Part shown: positions 43,482 to 52,462 of the stretch, piece by piece
How the letters are laid out: each line of letters begins with the position of its first letter
How positions within the stretch are numbered: the stretch's first letter is position 1
NCBI GenBank assembly: GCA_963783305.1
Contig: CAWAMW010000016.1
Coordinates: forward strand, 352,001-416,000
Direction: 5' to 3'
Source: an uncultured Gemmatimonadales bacterium
GTDB lineage: Bacteria > Gemmatimonadota > Gemmatimonadetes > Longimicrobiales > RSA9
DNA length: 64,000 nucleotides
Program-made: the position numbers and the translations under genes
The notes under the pieces: model-generated
Seen by the model: the letters and a program-made list of their open reading frames with translations, nothing else
What the model was told of the DNA's origin: nothing
Database searches by the model: none

Positions 43482-45463
43482 CGGGTGCGACTCCCAACGG
43501 TCGTCCCCGCACCCGCACTCCTCACGGGCACTTGCCGGCTCTCGCGACTCCCATCACCCAGCTGACCCTGGATGTTGTTCCCCCAGCAGTAGAGCTCTCC
43601 GGCGGCGGTCTCACCGCAGGTGTGCGCGCCGCCTGCGGCAAGGACGCGGAAGCGATGCTCGCTCCGCACCGGTACCGGTGCGGCCGCATCGTCGCTCGAG
43701 CCGTCCCCGAGCTGACCAAAAACGTTCCGGCCCCAGCACCACGCCGCTCCATCGCTCGTCAGTCCACAGGTGTGGACACCGCCGGCGGTGACCTCGACGA
43801 ACGTCAGCTCCGTCTGTACTCGAACGGGAACGGCCGTTGTACCGGTGCCCGTGCCCAGCTGACCGTATCGGTTTTCGCCCCAGCACCATGCCTCGCCCCC
43901 GCGCGTCAGGCCGCAGGTGTGTGCGCTGCCGGCGGTGACGCGGCTGAAGGGCGCCGGCTGCGCGACTGCGGCCGGTTGCGATCGGTCCTCCCGGTTGCCA
44001 AGACCGAGCTGCCCCCCGGAGTTCGCACCCCAGCAGTAGAGCTGGCCGGCTCCCGTCAGCGCACACGTGTGGGCCCACCCGCTCACCAGCTGAACCACTC
44101 CCTCCAGGCCCGTTACCAGCGCGGGCTCCCTCTGCTCGCCGCGCAGGCCCGTCCCGAGTTGCCCTCGCTCGCCTTTGCCCCAGCAGTGGATGTCCCCCGA
44201 CGACGCGCGCACACACACGTGCTCCGACCCGACCGCCAGCTCCACCGGCTCTGAGGCCAGGGGCAGAGCCCGTTCACCCGCCATCGACCGGTCGCCGCCG
44301 CCGCCGACGGCTCGACACACGACCGTCGACCGCATCGTGATCGCGCACATGTGCAGGACTCCCGCAGACACCGCTCGGACTCCGGAGCCCAGTTCGGCGA
44401 CCCCCGTTAGCGCGGGTTCGGCCGAGCCCACGCAACTCGCTCCGCCCCCCGTCCCCAACAGGCAGGTGTGCGCGCCGCCCACAGCCCACCGCCGGTTGGG
44501 GAGCGGGGCCGCCACGAGATGCACTTCGACGGCACGGTCCAGTGTGGTGGGAGAGCCCGGGCCCGGGACTCTGCCATTGGCGTCCGGATCCGGCTCGGAC
44601 CGCTCCCCGTTATCCTCCACGAGAGGAGTCGGCGCAGCGCCCGGGGGGGCGACGAGCGCCGTGCGCGAGGCATAGGACGCGGTCTCCAGTCGAGCCGAGA
44701 ATTCCAGCCTCACCGCAGGCCGATCCGCCAGGTAGACCGTGCCCCGTAGAGAATCAGGATCGCTCCCCAGCCGCCAGGAGGTCATAGCGAGCCCCGAGGT
44801 CCTCGTCCGAACCAAGGGAGATCCCAACTCGCCGCCTGCTGGCGATAGCTCGAATCGGACTCCCCGGTCCGCCACAGGCTGGTCGTCCGCGTCCAGCACC
44901 ACGACCGCTATCGACTCACGCAGCTTGCGCCCGGGACGACCCACCTGATCCTGACCCGCCCACAGAATCAGTCGATCACCCGACTCCGGATCGATGGCCG
45001 TCGCCCTCTCCGACCCCACCGGTCCCTCGGGTTGCGCAAGCACGGGAGGCCGTTCGAAAGCTGGAGCTTTCAGCATCCGCAGCTCCGCACGTCGCTCCCC
45101 CAGATCCGCACCCGCCTCTCCACTCTCCATACTGCGGGCGTAAAGCAGAGCTCCCGTGCCCCCGGCGGCCGTGGCCACAATGGCGACGCCGATCGCCTTG
45201 CGGAAACCGCGTGGCCGCAGCCACCCGGTTGAGGACGGCCTCGGCCCGCTCCGATCCCCCTCGGGCACGGGGAAGAACACGAGCGGCGGATCCGATGAGG
45301 GCTGCGCCACAGCGGAGTTCCGACCGCGAGCTCGCCAAATGCCAAAGAGGATCAACAGCACCAGCAGACAAGCTGGTGCTATCCACAGCAGGAGGGTTGC
45401 GGTCGACTGGGGGAGAAACAGTCCCGGCAAGCCAGACTCCAAACAGCAAGGAATCCTTCCCAT
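43478..45463 (-). CDS. Membrane-anchored RCC1-repeat beta-propeller protein with Ig-like domain
   Basis: Repeated AG..HTC.LT..G.A.CWG.N..GQLG motifs, N-terminal TM segments, and a GQDQVG...WRLG Big_1-like segment. Confidence 0.88.
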   Translation of the reverse strand: MGRIPCCLESGLPGLFLPQSTATLLLWIAPACLLVLLILFGIWRARGRNSAVAQPSSDPPLVFFPVPEGDRSGPRPSSTGWLRPRGFRKAIGVAIVATAAGGTGALLYARSMESGEAGADLGERRAELRMLKAPAFERPPVLAQPEGPVGSERATAIDPESGDRLILWAGQDQVGRPGRKLRESIAVVVLDADDQPVADRGVRFELSPAGGELGSPLVRTRTSGLAMTSWRLGSDPDSLRGTVYLADRPAVRLEFSARLETASYASRTALVAPPGAAPTPLVEDNGERSEPDPDANGRVPGPGSPTTLDRAVEVHLVAAPLPNRRWAVGGAHTCLLGTGGGASCVGSAEPALTGVAELGSGVRAVSAGVLHMCAITMRSTVVCRAVGGGGDRSMAGERALPLASEPVELAVGSEHVCVRASSGDIHCWGKGERGQLGTGLRGEQREPALVTGLEGVVQLVSGWAHTCALTGAGQLYCWGANSGGQLGLGNREDRSQPAAVAQPAPFSRVTAGSAHTCGLTRGGEAWCWGENRYGQLGTGTGTTAVPVRVQTELTFVEVTAGGVHTCGLTSDGAAWCWGRNVFGQLGDGSSDDAAAPVPVRSEHRFRVLAAGGAHTCGETAAGELYCWGNNIQGQLGDGSRESRQVPVRSAGAGTTVGSRTR

Positions 45464-45610
45464 GCGGGTGCACGATCCGATCGAGCGCCCGCTTCAGGGG
45501 AGGATGGGGGCGAAGCTCTTGTCGCTACCATCCCAATATTAGTCTACCGGTAGATCGAGCCTCCGTCAAATCAAACTCCAACTGTTCGCCGCCGCGGTTG
45601 TCGCCCCGAC

Positions 45611-45646
45611 CTTCGGGTTGTATTCGGGTTCCTTCGATGCCATCCT
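45611..45646 (+). promoter_or_regulatory. dnaE2 promoter with overlapping TTCGG-N6-TTCGG direct repeat (candidate SOS box)
   Basis: CTTCGGGTTGTATTCGG at 45611-45627; TTGTAT (45618-45623), 17 bp, CATCCT (45641-45646). Confidence 0.6.
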
Positions 45647-45715
45647 CCATCAGAGACTCGACGTATTGGCGGGCCGCTCTTTCGGGCGCGGCCCTTGTAC
45701 TGGACGGGAGGGGCA

Positions 45716-48700
45716 GTGGGAGAGTTCGTGGAGCTTCGAACGCGTTCGGCGTTCTCGTTCGGGGATGGGGCGTGCACCCCTGAGACGCTGGTGCGGGTGG
45801 CGGCGGAACAGGGGCACGGCTCGCTGGGCTTGACGGACCGATCGGACCTGGGGGGGGCGATCCGGTTTGCGCTGGCGGCGCGGCAGGCGGGGATCCGGCC
45901 CGTGGTGGGGGCGGAGCTCGTGGTGGATGGTCATCCGCTGGCGCTGCTGGCGCGGAGCGTCGAGGGGTTCCACTCCCTGGCGAGCCTGGTGACCCTGTCG
46001 CGAATGGGGGATTGGGGGGAGTGGCTGGCGGAGAAGGCGGACCGGGAGGCGGCGTATGCTCGATCATCGAGCCCCGAGCCGCGCGCATCGACCCTGTACC
46101 CCTCTCACTCCGGTTCTCCGTTGCGTTCGGACTCTCCGTCCCCTTCCGCCCTCGCTCCGGGGCTTCATCGGGACCGGGATGGACGGGTGCGGACGCGGGC
46201 GACGGCGGTGACCTCGCGGCGGAAGATCGAGCCGGCGCCGCACACGCCGGGTGCCTTTCTCCGGAACGGCGGGGGGTCGGAGCCCGGGGCACGGACGGGA
46301 CGGGCCCCGGCGCGGGGCCAGCCGGTGCTGACGCTGAGCGACCTGGAGGGTCGGACACAGGGACTGCACCTGCTGACGGGGTCGCCGAGCGGTGAGCTGG
46401 CGTCGCTGGTCCGGTCGGGGCGGCCCGAGGAGGCGCTCTTCCTGCTGTCGCGTCTCCGGGAGCTCTTCCCGGGGCGGCTGGCGGTGGAGGTGCAGCTCCA
46501 CCATGTGTCGGGGGAGGAGTCGGCGCTGGCGGGGGCGCTCATCGAGCTGGCCGAGAAGCAGGGGCTGCCGTGGGTCGTCTCGAATGATCCTCGGTACGTG
46601 GATGGCGGCAGCCGCCTGGTCCACGATCTCCTGACGGCGCACCGGGCGGAGCTGGACGTGGACACGGCGGCGAGCTGGGGTGTGCTGCACCCGAACGGGG
46701 AGTGGCGGCTCAAGTCGCCCGCGGAGATGGCGTCGCTGTGGAAGGGCCGTGAAAAGGGGCTGGAGGAGTCGGCGCGGATCGCGGCAGAGTGCGCCTTCGA
46801 CCTGAAGTGGGTGCGGCCGCCGCTACCGACCTTCCCCGTCCCCGCCGGTCACGATGATGGCTCCTGGCTGCGGGAGCTGACGTTCCGCGGGGCGGAGAAG
46901 CGCTGGGGGGTAGTCGACGACCGCCAGCGGGCGCAGCTGGAGCACGAGATCCGGGTCATCGACACGCTCGGCTTCGCGGGCTTCTTCCTGGTCATGTGGG
47001 ACGCCGTACGGGAGGCCCGCCAGCGCGGGATCCTCTGCCAGGGACGCGGCAGCGCGGCCAACTCGGCGGTGGCCTTCTGCCTGGAGATCACGGCCGTCGA
47101 CCCGGTGCGCCACGGCCTCCTCTTCGAGCGGTTCCTCTCCGAGGTCCGGACCGATGGGATGACGGAGGCGCCGGACATCGACGTGGACTTCGAGATGCAC
47201 CGGCGCGAGGAGATACTCGACTACATGTACACCCGCTACGGCCGTCAGCACGCCGCCATCACGGCCGTCACCCAGGTCTTCCACGCCCCCACAGCCCTCC
47301 AGGACTGCATGCGCGCCCTGGGTTGGCCCGCGGAGACCGCCTTCGCCCTCTCGAAACGGCTCCACGGGCGCGAGCCCAGCCAGGCGGCCGATGAGCTGGA
47401 AGCCGGCATGGCCGATCGCTTCGGGCTCTCCCTCACCACGCCCCGTGTCCGCGCGCTCCTCTCCGCGCTCCGCTCCCTCGACGACGTCCCACGGCTCCGT
47501 TCCACGCACCCCGGCGGCTTCGTCCTCTCCAGCCGCCCCCTCGGCGAGTACCTGCCCATCGAGGAGACCTCCATGGGCCGGACCATCCTCCAGTTCGACA
47601 AGGACGACCTGGACGCCGCCGGTGTGCCCAAGTTCGATTTCCTCGGGCTCGGCGGCCTGACCGTCGTCCACAAGGCCTTCGACGCCATCGAGGCCCGGAC
47701 CGGCCGGAAGCTCGAGCTCTACGACCTCCCCGTCGACGACCCCAAGACGTACGAGATGATCGGCCGGGGCGATACGCTCGGTACCTTCCAGATCGAGTCA
47801 CGGGCCCAGATCCAGTCCATCCTCCAGACTCGTCCCCAGCGACTCTACGACCTCGTGGTCCAGGTCGCGCTCATCCGACCCGGACCCATCCAGGCCCGCT
47901 TCGTCCGCCCCTACACCCGGCGTCGACTGGGGCTCGAGGAGGTGGAGTACGCCGACCCGCGCCTGGAGCCCATCCTCCGGCGTACCTACGGCATTCCCAT
48001 CTTCCAGGAGCAGGCCATGGCCATCTCCATGGCCCTCGGCGGGTTCACCGCGGCCGAGGCCGATGAGCTCCGCCGCGCCATGGGCCACCACCGCAAGCTG
48101 CCGAAGCTCCACGCCGCCATCCAGCGACTCAAGGACCGCATGGGCCGGAATGGCGTCACTCCCGAGGACGCCGAGCGGATCACCGACGACCTCTATTCCT
48201 TCTCCAATTACGGGTTCCCCGAGTCGCACGCCTGGAGCTTTGCCCTCATCGCCTACGCCACCTCCTACCTCAAGGCCCACCACCCCGCCGAGTTCCTCAT
48301 GGCCATCCTCAACGCGTGGCCCATGGGCTTCTATCCCCCCGCCACGCTCGTCCACGAGGCCCGCCGCAACGGTGTGGAAGTTCACCCGCCATGTCTGCGC
48401 GATGGACAGTGGGAGTCCACGCTCGAGCCGCTCACCCCGTCCCGCGAGCCCTGCCCCGTCAACGGGAGCAGGCCGAGCCCGGGGGCGGTGCGCGTGGGGT
48501 GGCAGCACATCCGGGGACTGGGTGAGGACGCGCGCGAGCGTCTTCAGCGGGGGGGCGAAGAAAGCCCCTTCACGAGCGTCGACGACACAGTCCGTCGCGC
48601 CGGCCTCTCCCGCACCGACGCTCTCCACCTCGCCCGCGCGGGCGCCTTCGAGGCGTTCCAGCCCGGGCGCCGGAAGGCCGCATGGGAGGCCCTCCGCGCC

Positions 48701-49141
48701 GCCGGCGACACCCTCCCCCTCGCCCCCGCCAGACACCTCCCGCTGGACCCGCGCGAGGTGAGCGACGAAGAGCTCATCTTCCTCGACTATCTCGCCACCG
48801 GAATCAGCGTGCGGGGCCACCCCATGGAGCACATACGACCCCGCCTCGACTCCCACGGCGTCTGCTCTTCCGCCGGCCTCGCCCAGGCACCTGACGGCCG
48901 TCCCATTCTCGTCGCGGGCCTGGTCGTGGCTCGACAGCATCCCGCCACCGCTCAGGGCACCGTGTTCCTTCTCCTCGAGGACGAGCACGGGTTCCTCAAC
49001 ATCATCGTCCCGCCCCCCGTCCACGACCGCTACCGCGAGATCATCCACCACGCCCCCTTCCTCCTCGTACATGGCCGGTTCGAGCGCGAGGATCGGGTCC
49101 TGAACGTGGTGGCACAGCGGTTCCGGGAGCTGAAACGATGA
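45716..49141 (+). CDS. dnaE2: Error-prone DNA polymerase DnaE2 (ImuC)
   Basis: FVEL..RSAFSF.DGA.TPE.L, QGRGSAANSAV, LLFERFLS, PDIDVDFE, HPGGFV, QFDKDD, KFDFLGLG, FQIESRAQ, YGFPESHA, PMGFYPP, OB fold. GTG start with RBS. Confidence 0.95.
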   Translation: MGEFVELRTRSAFSFGDGACTPETLVRVAAEQGHGSLGLTDRSDLGGAIRFALAARQAGIRPVVGAELVVDGHPLALLARSVEGFHSLASLVTLSRMGDWGEWLAEKADREAAYARSSSPEPRASTLYPSHSGSPLRSDSPSPSALAPGLHRDRDGRVRTRATAVTSRRKIEPAPHTPGAFLRNGGGSEPGARTGRAPARGQPVLTLSDLEGRTQGLHLLTGSPSGELASLVRSGRPEEALFLLSRLRELFPGRLAVEVQLHHVSGEESALAGALIELAEKQGLPWVVSNDPRYVDGGSRLVHDLLTAHRAELDVDTAASWGVLHPNGEWRLKSPAEMASLWKGREKGLEESARIAAECAFDLKWVRPPLPTFPVPAGHDDGSWLRELTFRGAEKRWGVVDDRQRAQLEHEIRVIDTLGFAGFFLVMWDAVREARQRGILCQGRGSAANSAVAFCLEITAVDPVRHGLLFERFLSEVRTDGMTEAPDIDVDFEMHRREEILDYMYTRYGRQHAAITAVTQVFHAPTALQDCMRALGWPAETAFALSKRLHGREPSQAADELEAGMADRFGLSLTTPRVRALLSALRSLDDVPRLRSTHPGGFVLSSRPLGEYLPIEETSMGRTILQFDKDDLDAAGVPKFDFLGLGGLTVVHKAFDAIEARTGRKLELYDLPVDDPKTYEMIGRGDTLGTFQIESRAQIQSILQTRPQRLYDLVVQVALIRPGPIQARFVRPYTRRRLGLEEVEYADPRLEPILRRTYGIPIFQEQAMAISMALGGFTAAEADELRRAMGHHRKLPKLHAAIQRLKDRMGRNGVTPEDAERITDDLYSFSNYGFPESHAWSFALIAYATSYLKAHHPAEFLMAILNAWPMGFYPPATLVHEARRNGVEVHPPCLRDGQWESTLEPLTPSREPCPVNGSRPSPGAVRVGWQHIRGLGEDARERLQRGGEESPFTSVDDTVRRAGLSRTDALHLARAGAFEAFQPGRRKAAWEALRAAGDTLPLAPARHLPLDPREVSDEELIFLDYLATGISVRGHPMEHIRPRLDSHGVCSSAGLAQAPDGRPILVAGLVVARQHPATAQGTVFLLLEDEHGFLNIIVPPPVHDRYREIIHHAPFLLVHGRFEREDRVLNVVAQRFRELKR

Positions 49142-49232
49142 AATGCATGGCTCACCCCTTCAGCCGTACCGGAGATCGTCGGTTCGATCCGCGAGCGGGT
49201 GGAGCGTGACGGGGGCGGGTGCGCCCCGGGAC

Positions 49233-50300
49233 ATGCCACCGGCGCTGAGGGTGCTTCAGGGCCGTGGCGCCACGGACAACCCGGCCAACCGGTTCGAGCG
49301 GCTGGCCGTGGAGTCGATCGAGGAGTGGATGGACCCGGACGATCCCGCGCCGCGCACGATCCTCCTGCGGGACGCCACCCGGACGATCCTGTCGCACAAC
49401 GACAGCCCGGACGTGGGCTTTGACGTGTCGGTGAATCCGTATCGGGGGTGCGAGCACGGCTGCATCTACTGCTATGCGCGTCCCACTCACGAGTACCTGG
49501 GGTTCTCCGCCGGGCTGGATTTCGAAACGCGGATCGTGGTGAAGGAGGACGCGCCGGCAATGCTGCGGCAGGCGCTCCTTTCGCCGCGCTGGCGCCCACG
49601 CGTCATCGGCATGAGCGGGGTGACGGACCCGTACCAGCCGGTGGAGCGGCGGCTGCGGATCACGCGCGGCTGCCTGGAGGTCCTGGCGGAGCTGCGGAAC
49701 CCGGTGGCGGTGATCACCAAGAACCACCTGGTGACGCGGGACATCGACCTGCTGAGTGAGCTCGCGTCGCATGGCGCGGCGGCGGTGGCCTTGTCGGTGA
49801 CGAGTCTCCGCCCGGAAATCCAGCGGGTCATGGAGCCCCGCACGGCCACGCCGGCCCGTCGGCTCGACGCCATCCGGCGGCTGTCCCGAGCGGGGATCCC
49901 CGTCCGGGTCATGATCGCGCCGGTGGTGCCGGGTCTGACCGACGAGGAGGTGCCGGCGATCCTCGAGGCCGCGGCGGAGGCGGGCGCCAGCGGCGCGGGC
50001 TACATCGTCATGCGGCTGCCCCACGGAGTGAAGGGGCTGTTCACCGACTGGCTGGAGGCGCACTTCCCCGAACGGAAGAGCAAGGTGCTGAACCGCGTCC
50101 GGGAGATGAGGGGAGGCGCGCTGAACGACCCCCGGTTCGGCTCCAGGATGCGGGGGGAGGGGCCGTACGCCGAGCAGATCCGTCAGCTCTTCGAGATCTC
50201 GCGTCGCCGGGTGGGTCTCGACCGCGACCCTACACGGCTCTCCGCGGCGGCCTTCCGCCGGCCGCCGCGGAACGGTCAGCTGGGCCTGTTCGACGACTGA
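49233..50300 (+). CDS. PA0069/Rv2578c-family radical SAM protein (SPL-related)
   Basis: GRGA..NP.NRF, SPDVGFD.SVNPYRGCEHGCIYCYARPTH, TDPYQPVE, C-terminal QLGLF. Confidence 0.92.
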   Translation: MPPALRVLQGRGATDNPANRFERLAVESIEEWMDPDDPAPRTILLRDATRTILSHNDSPDVGFDVSVNPYRGCEHGCIYCYARPTHEYLGFSAGLDFETRIVVKEDAPAMLRQALLSPRWRPRVIGMSGVTDPYQPVERRLRITRGCLEVLAELRNPVAVITKNHLVTRDIDLLSELASHGAAAVALSVTSLRPEIQRVMEPRTATPARRLDAIRRLSRAGIPVRVMIAPVVPGLTDEEVPAILEAAAEAGASGAGYIVMRLPHGVKGLFTDWLEAHFPERKSKVLNRVREMRGGALNDPRFGSRMRGEGPYAEQIRQLFEISRRRVGLDRDPTRLSAAAFRRPPRNGQLGLFDD

Positions 50301-50307
50301 GCCGCGA

Positions 50308-50610
50308 TCAGGGCAGCTGGTGGTCCGTCGGGCTCTGGAACGGACGACCCTGGCGCTCCTCGCTCCCGGACTCCCCACGCCCGGCTGACGCCCCGTCATC
50401 AGCCGAGGTTCGAACGACGTTCTGCGCCTTCGGCCCCTTCGGTTCCTCGATCACCTCGAACTCCACCGTCTCTCCCTCGGCCAGCGTCTTGAAGCCGTGC
50501 CCCTCGATGGAGCTGTGGTGCACGAAGACGTCATCGCCACCCTCGCGCTCGATGAACCCGAATCCCTTCGAGTCGGAGAACCACTTCACCTTGCCGGTGA
50601 CCTTCGCCAT
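50308..50610 (-). CDS. Cold-shock domain protein with short C-terminal tail
   Basis: [15 protein letters not shown]...DVFVHHS...GFKTL.EG..VEF...KGPKAQNV. Confidence 0.95.
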   Translation of the reverse strand: MAKVTGKVKWFSDSKGFGFIEREGGDDVFVHHSSIEGHGFKTLAEGETVEFEVIEEPKGPKAQNVVRTSADDGASAGRGESGSEERQGRPFQSPTDHQLP

Positions 50611-50810
50611 TTCGACCGTCCTTTGGAGTGAGGCGTTCCGTCGCCCGCGGGGATTTGTCGGCGGGCGATCCCGGCGCTCCCATGATGCAACGACCCTGCC
50701 GAAACCGGGGGGGGTGCGGGCGCGCCACATGGCCGAGCTGCCGGCCCTGGGAACTTTCTTGCGCCCGGGCCTGTAGGTCGAATGACGCCCGTTTCCAGGG
50801 AGACTGACCC

Positions 50811-51977
50811 ATGAGACCGCTCCTCGCCCTTTCCGTCCTCGCGCTGGCCGGCTGCTATCTCCCCGCCAGCTCCCAGCCCGCACCTCGGGCGGCCGACTAC
50901 GCCTACTACGGCGCGTCCTCTCGATCGCAGCCGCTCCGCGCCGCCGTCTGGTACGACGAGTACAGCGGGATGGCGTCCTTCGACCTGAACCGGCCGGGGT
51001 ACGTGGCCATGTTCGCGCTCCAGCCCCTGGGCCACATCGAGCTGCTCTATCCCACGTGGGGGGCGGGAATTCAGCGACAGCGGGCGTTCCGGTCGGGCGG
51101 CCACTCCGTCCGCACCGACTCGCGACTGTATCACCTGGCCCTCGATCGCTCCTACCGCGGATCACCGCGGCGCGTGGCGACCCAGACCTACATCGTCCTC
51201 ATCGCGTCCGACCGACCCCTCCGACTGGACCAGTTCATGGCCTACGGCACACTGCCGTGGCTCGACCACCCGTCGATCACATGGAACCCATTCGTGGCCA
51301 CCGACCACCTGGTCCGGGAGGTGGTACCGGGCTACAACGCGGGGGACTGGACCGTCGCGTACCACGTGGTGTGGCCCGAGGCGTCGTGGAATCGCTACGA
51401 CCCCCGGCTCCACAACCGCGTGAGGGACCGCTACACCCACGTCCGGTGTCCGGGGGGGATCGTCATATCGGTGCCGATCGGGGCGGTGCGGAGCGGCGCC
51501 TGGAACTGCCCCAGGAGAGACGGCTACGCGGGGCCCGGGGCGCAGCCGCGGCGCGGCGATGTGCCGCCCGTCACGGAGGCGCTCCCGAAGCGTCCGAGGG
51601 CGGCGGACTGGAGTGGCGCCACGCCCACCGACGGGGCCCGACGCGCCGTGCCGCGCCCCGAGCGTGGGCGGCCGGCGACGGGTGCGTCCCCGCGGGCGGT
51701 GCCTTCCTCGGAGCGGCCACGGCCGCAGGCGGCACCGCAGCCCGGCGTGAGGCCGAGCGCGAAGCCGAGCGCGAAGCCGAGCGTTAGGCCGCGGCCATCG
51801 GCGAAGCCCGGGGGGGGCGCGAAGCCTACGCCATCGGTAAAGCCCCGGCCGTCCCCGAAGCCCGGACCGTCCGCGAAGCCCGCGCCGTCCGCGAAGCCCG
51901 CGCCATCCGCGAAGCCGAGCAGGCCCCGGCCGAGGCCGAAGCCCAAGCCGGGAGGTGGCGGCGGCAGCGGCGGCTGA
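50811..51977 (+). CDS. Lipoprotein (DUF4384-like domain) with Pro/Lys/Ser-rich tail
   Basis: Lipobox LAGC; YVAMF....G.IELLYP and YIVLIAS.RPL motifs; repeated PSAK/PSVK tail. Confidence 0.7.
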   Translation: MRPLLALSVLALAGCYLPASSQPAPRAADYAYYGASSRSQPLRAAVWYDEYSGMASFDLNRPGYVAMFALQPLGHIELLYPTWGAGIQRQRAFRSGGHSVRTDSRLYHLALDRSYRGSPRRVATQTYIVLIASDRPLRLDQFMAYGTLPWLDHPSITWNPFVATDHLVREVVPGYNAGDWTVAYHVVWPEASWNRYDPRLHNRVRDRYTHVRCPGGIVISVPIGAVRSGAWNCPRRDGYAGPGAQPRRGDVPPVTEALPKRPRAADWSGATPTDGARRAVPRPERGRPATGASPRAVPSSERPRPQAAPQPGVRPSAKPSAKPSVRPRPSAKPGGGAKPTPSVKPRPSPKPGPSAKPAPSAKPAPSAKPSRPRPRPKPKPGGGGGSGG

Positions 51978-52001
51978 GACCGCGCGCGACCGGGTCCCTC
52001 A

Positions 52002-52400
52002 TCAGAGGATGGCCCGGCCGATGGCGGTGATCCCGCCGATCACCAGGATGAGGGCGCCGGCCGAGCCCAGGACCGCCACCAGGTGGGACTGCGCTTCCGG
52101 CGCCCTCCGCTTGTTGACGCCCGCAGCAATGTGAGCGACCACAGCGGCCAGGATCATCATCACGAGATGGCCCCACAGCATGGGGAAGAAGACGCGAACG
52201 AAGATCAGGACGATACCCAGGAGGACCTGGAGGTCGAGGAGCCCGACGAAGCTCGACAGCAGAATCCTGCCCGGCTTGTCCCATGGGCGGTTGCGGAGCA
52301 TGGCGACGAGGGAGTAGCCGAGGGACAGCACGCCCGCCAGCAGGACCAGGTAGCGCAGCCCCGAATGGGCGTGGAACAGGATGTTCGAGAACGTTTCCAT
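52002..52400 (-). CDS. Four-TM membrane protein with conserved histidines
   Basis: HAHSGLRYLVLL, DLQVLLG, GHLVMMILA..VAH; RBS AAGGA. Confidence 0.75.
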   Translation of the reverse strand: METFSNILFHAHSGLRYLVLLAGVLSLGYSLVAMLRNRPWDKPGRILLSSFVGLLDLQVLLGIVLIFVRVFFPMLWGHLVMMILAAVVAHIAAGVNKRRAPEAQSHLVAVLGSAGALILVIGGITAIGRAIL

Positions 52401-52435
52401 GATATCCTTCGTTTTTCTGTGAATGTTGTGGGTCG

Positions 52436-52462
52436 GCGGGGGCCGGCGCGGCCGGCCCCCGC
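52436..52462. other. GC-rich 12-bp stem-loop directly after the metalloprotease stop (no U-tract)
   Basis: GCGGGGGCCGGC-GCG-GCCGGCCCCCGC. Confidence 0.5.

Noticed and set aside
31442..45715. Mobile genomic island boundaries around the FN3 operon
   Set aside because: No att-like direct repeats, tRNA, integrase or transposase were found.
46010..46310. Intein in DnaE2
   Set aside because: There is no C-terminal His-Asn, no Hint or LAGLIDADG motif, and the sequence is low-complexity.
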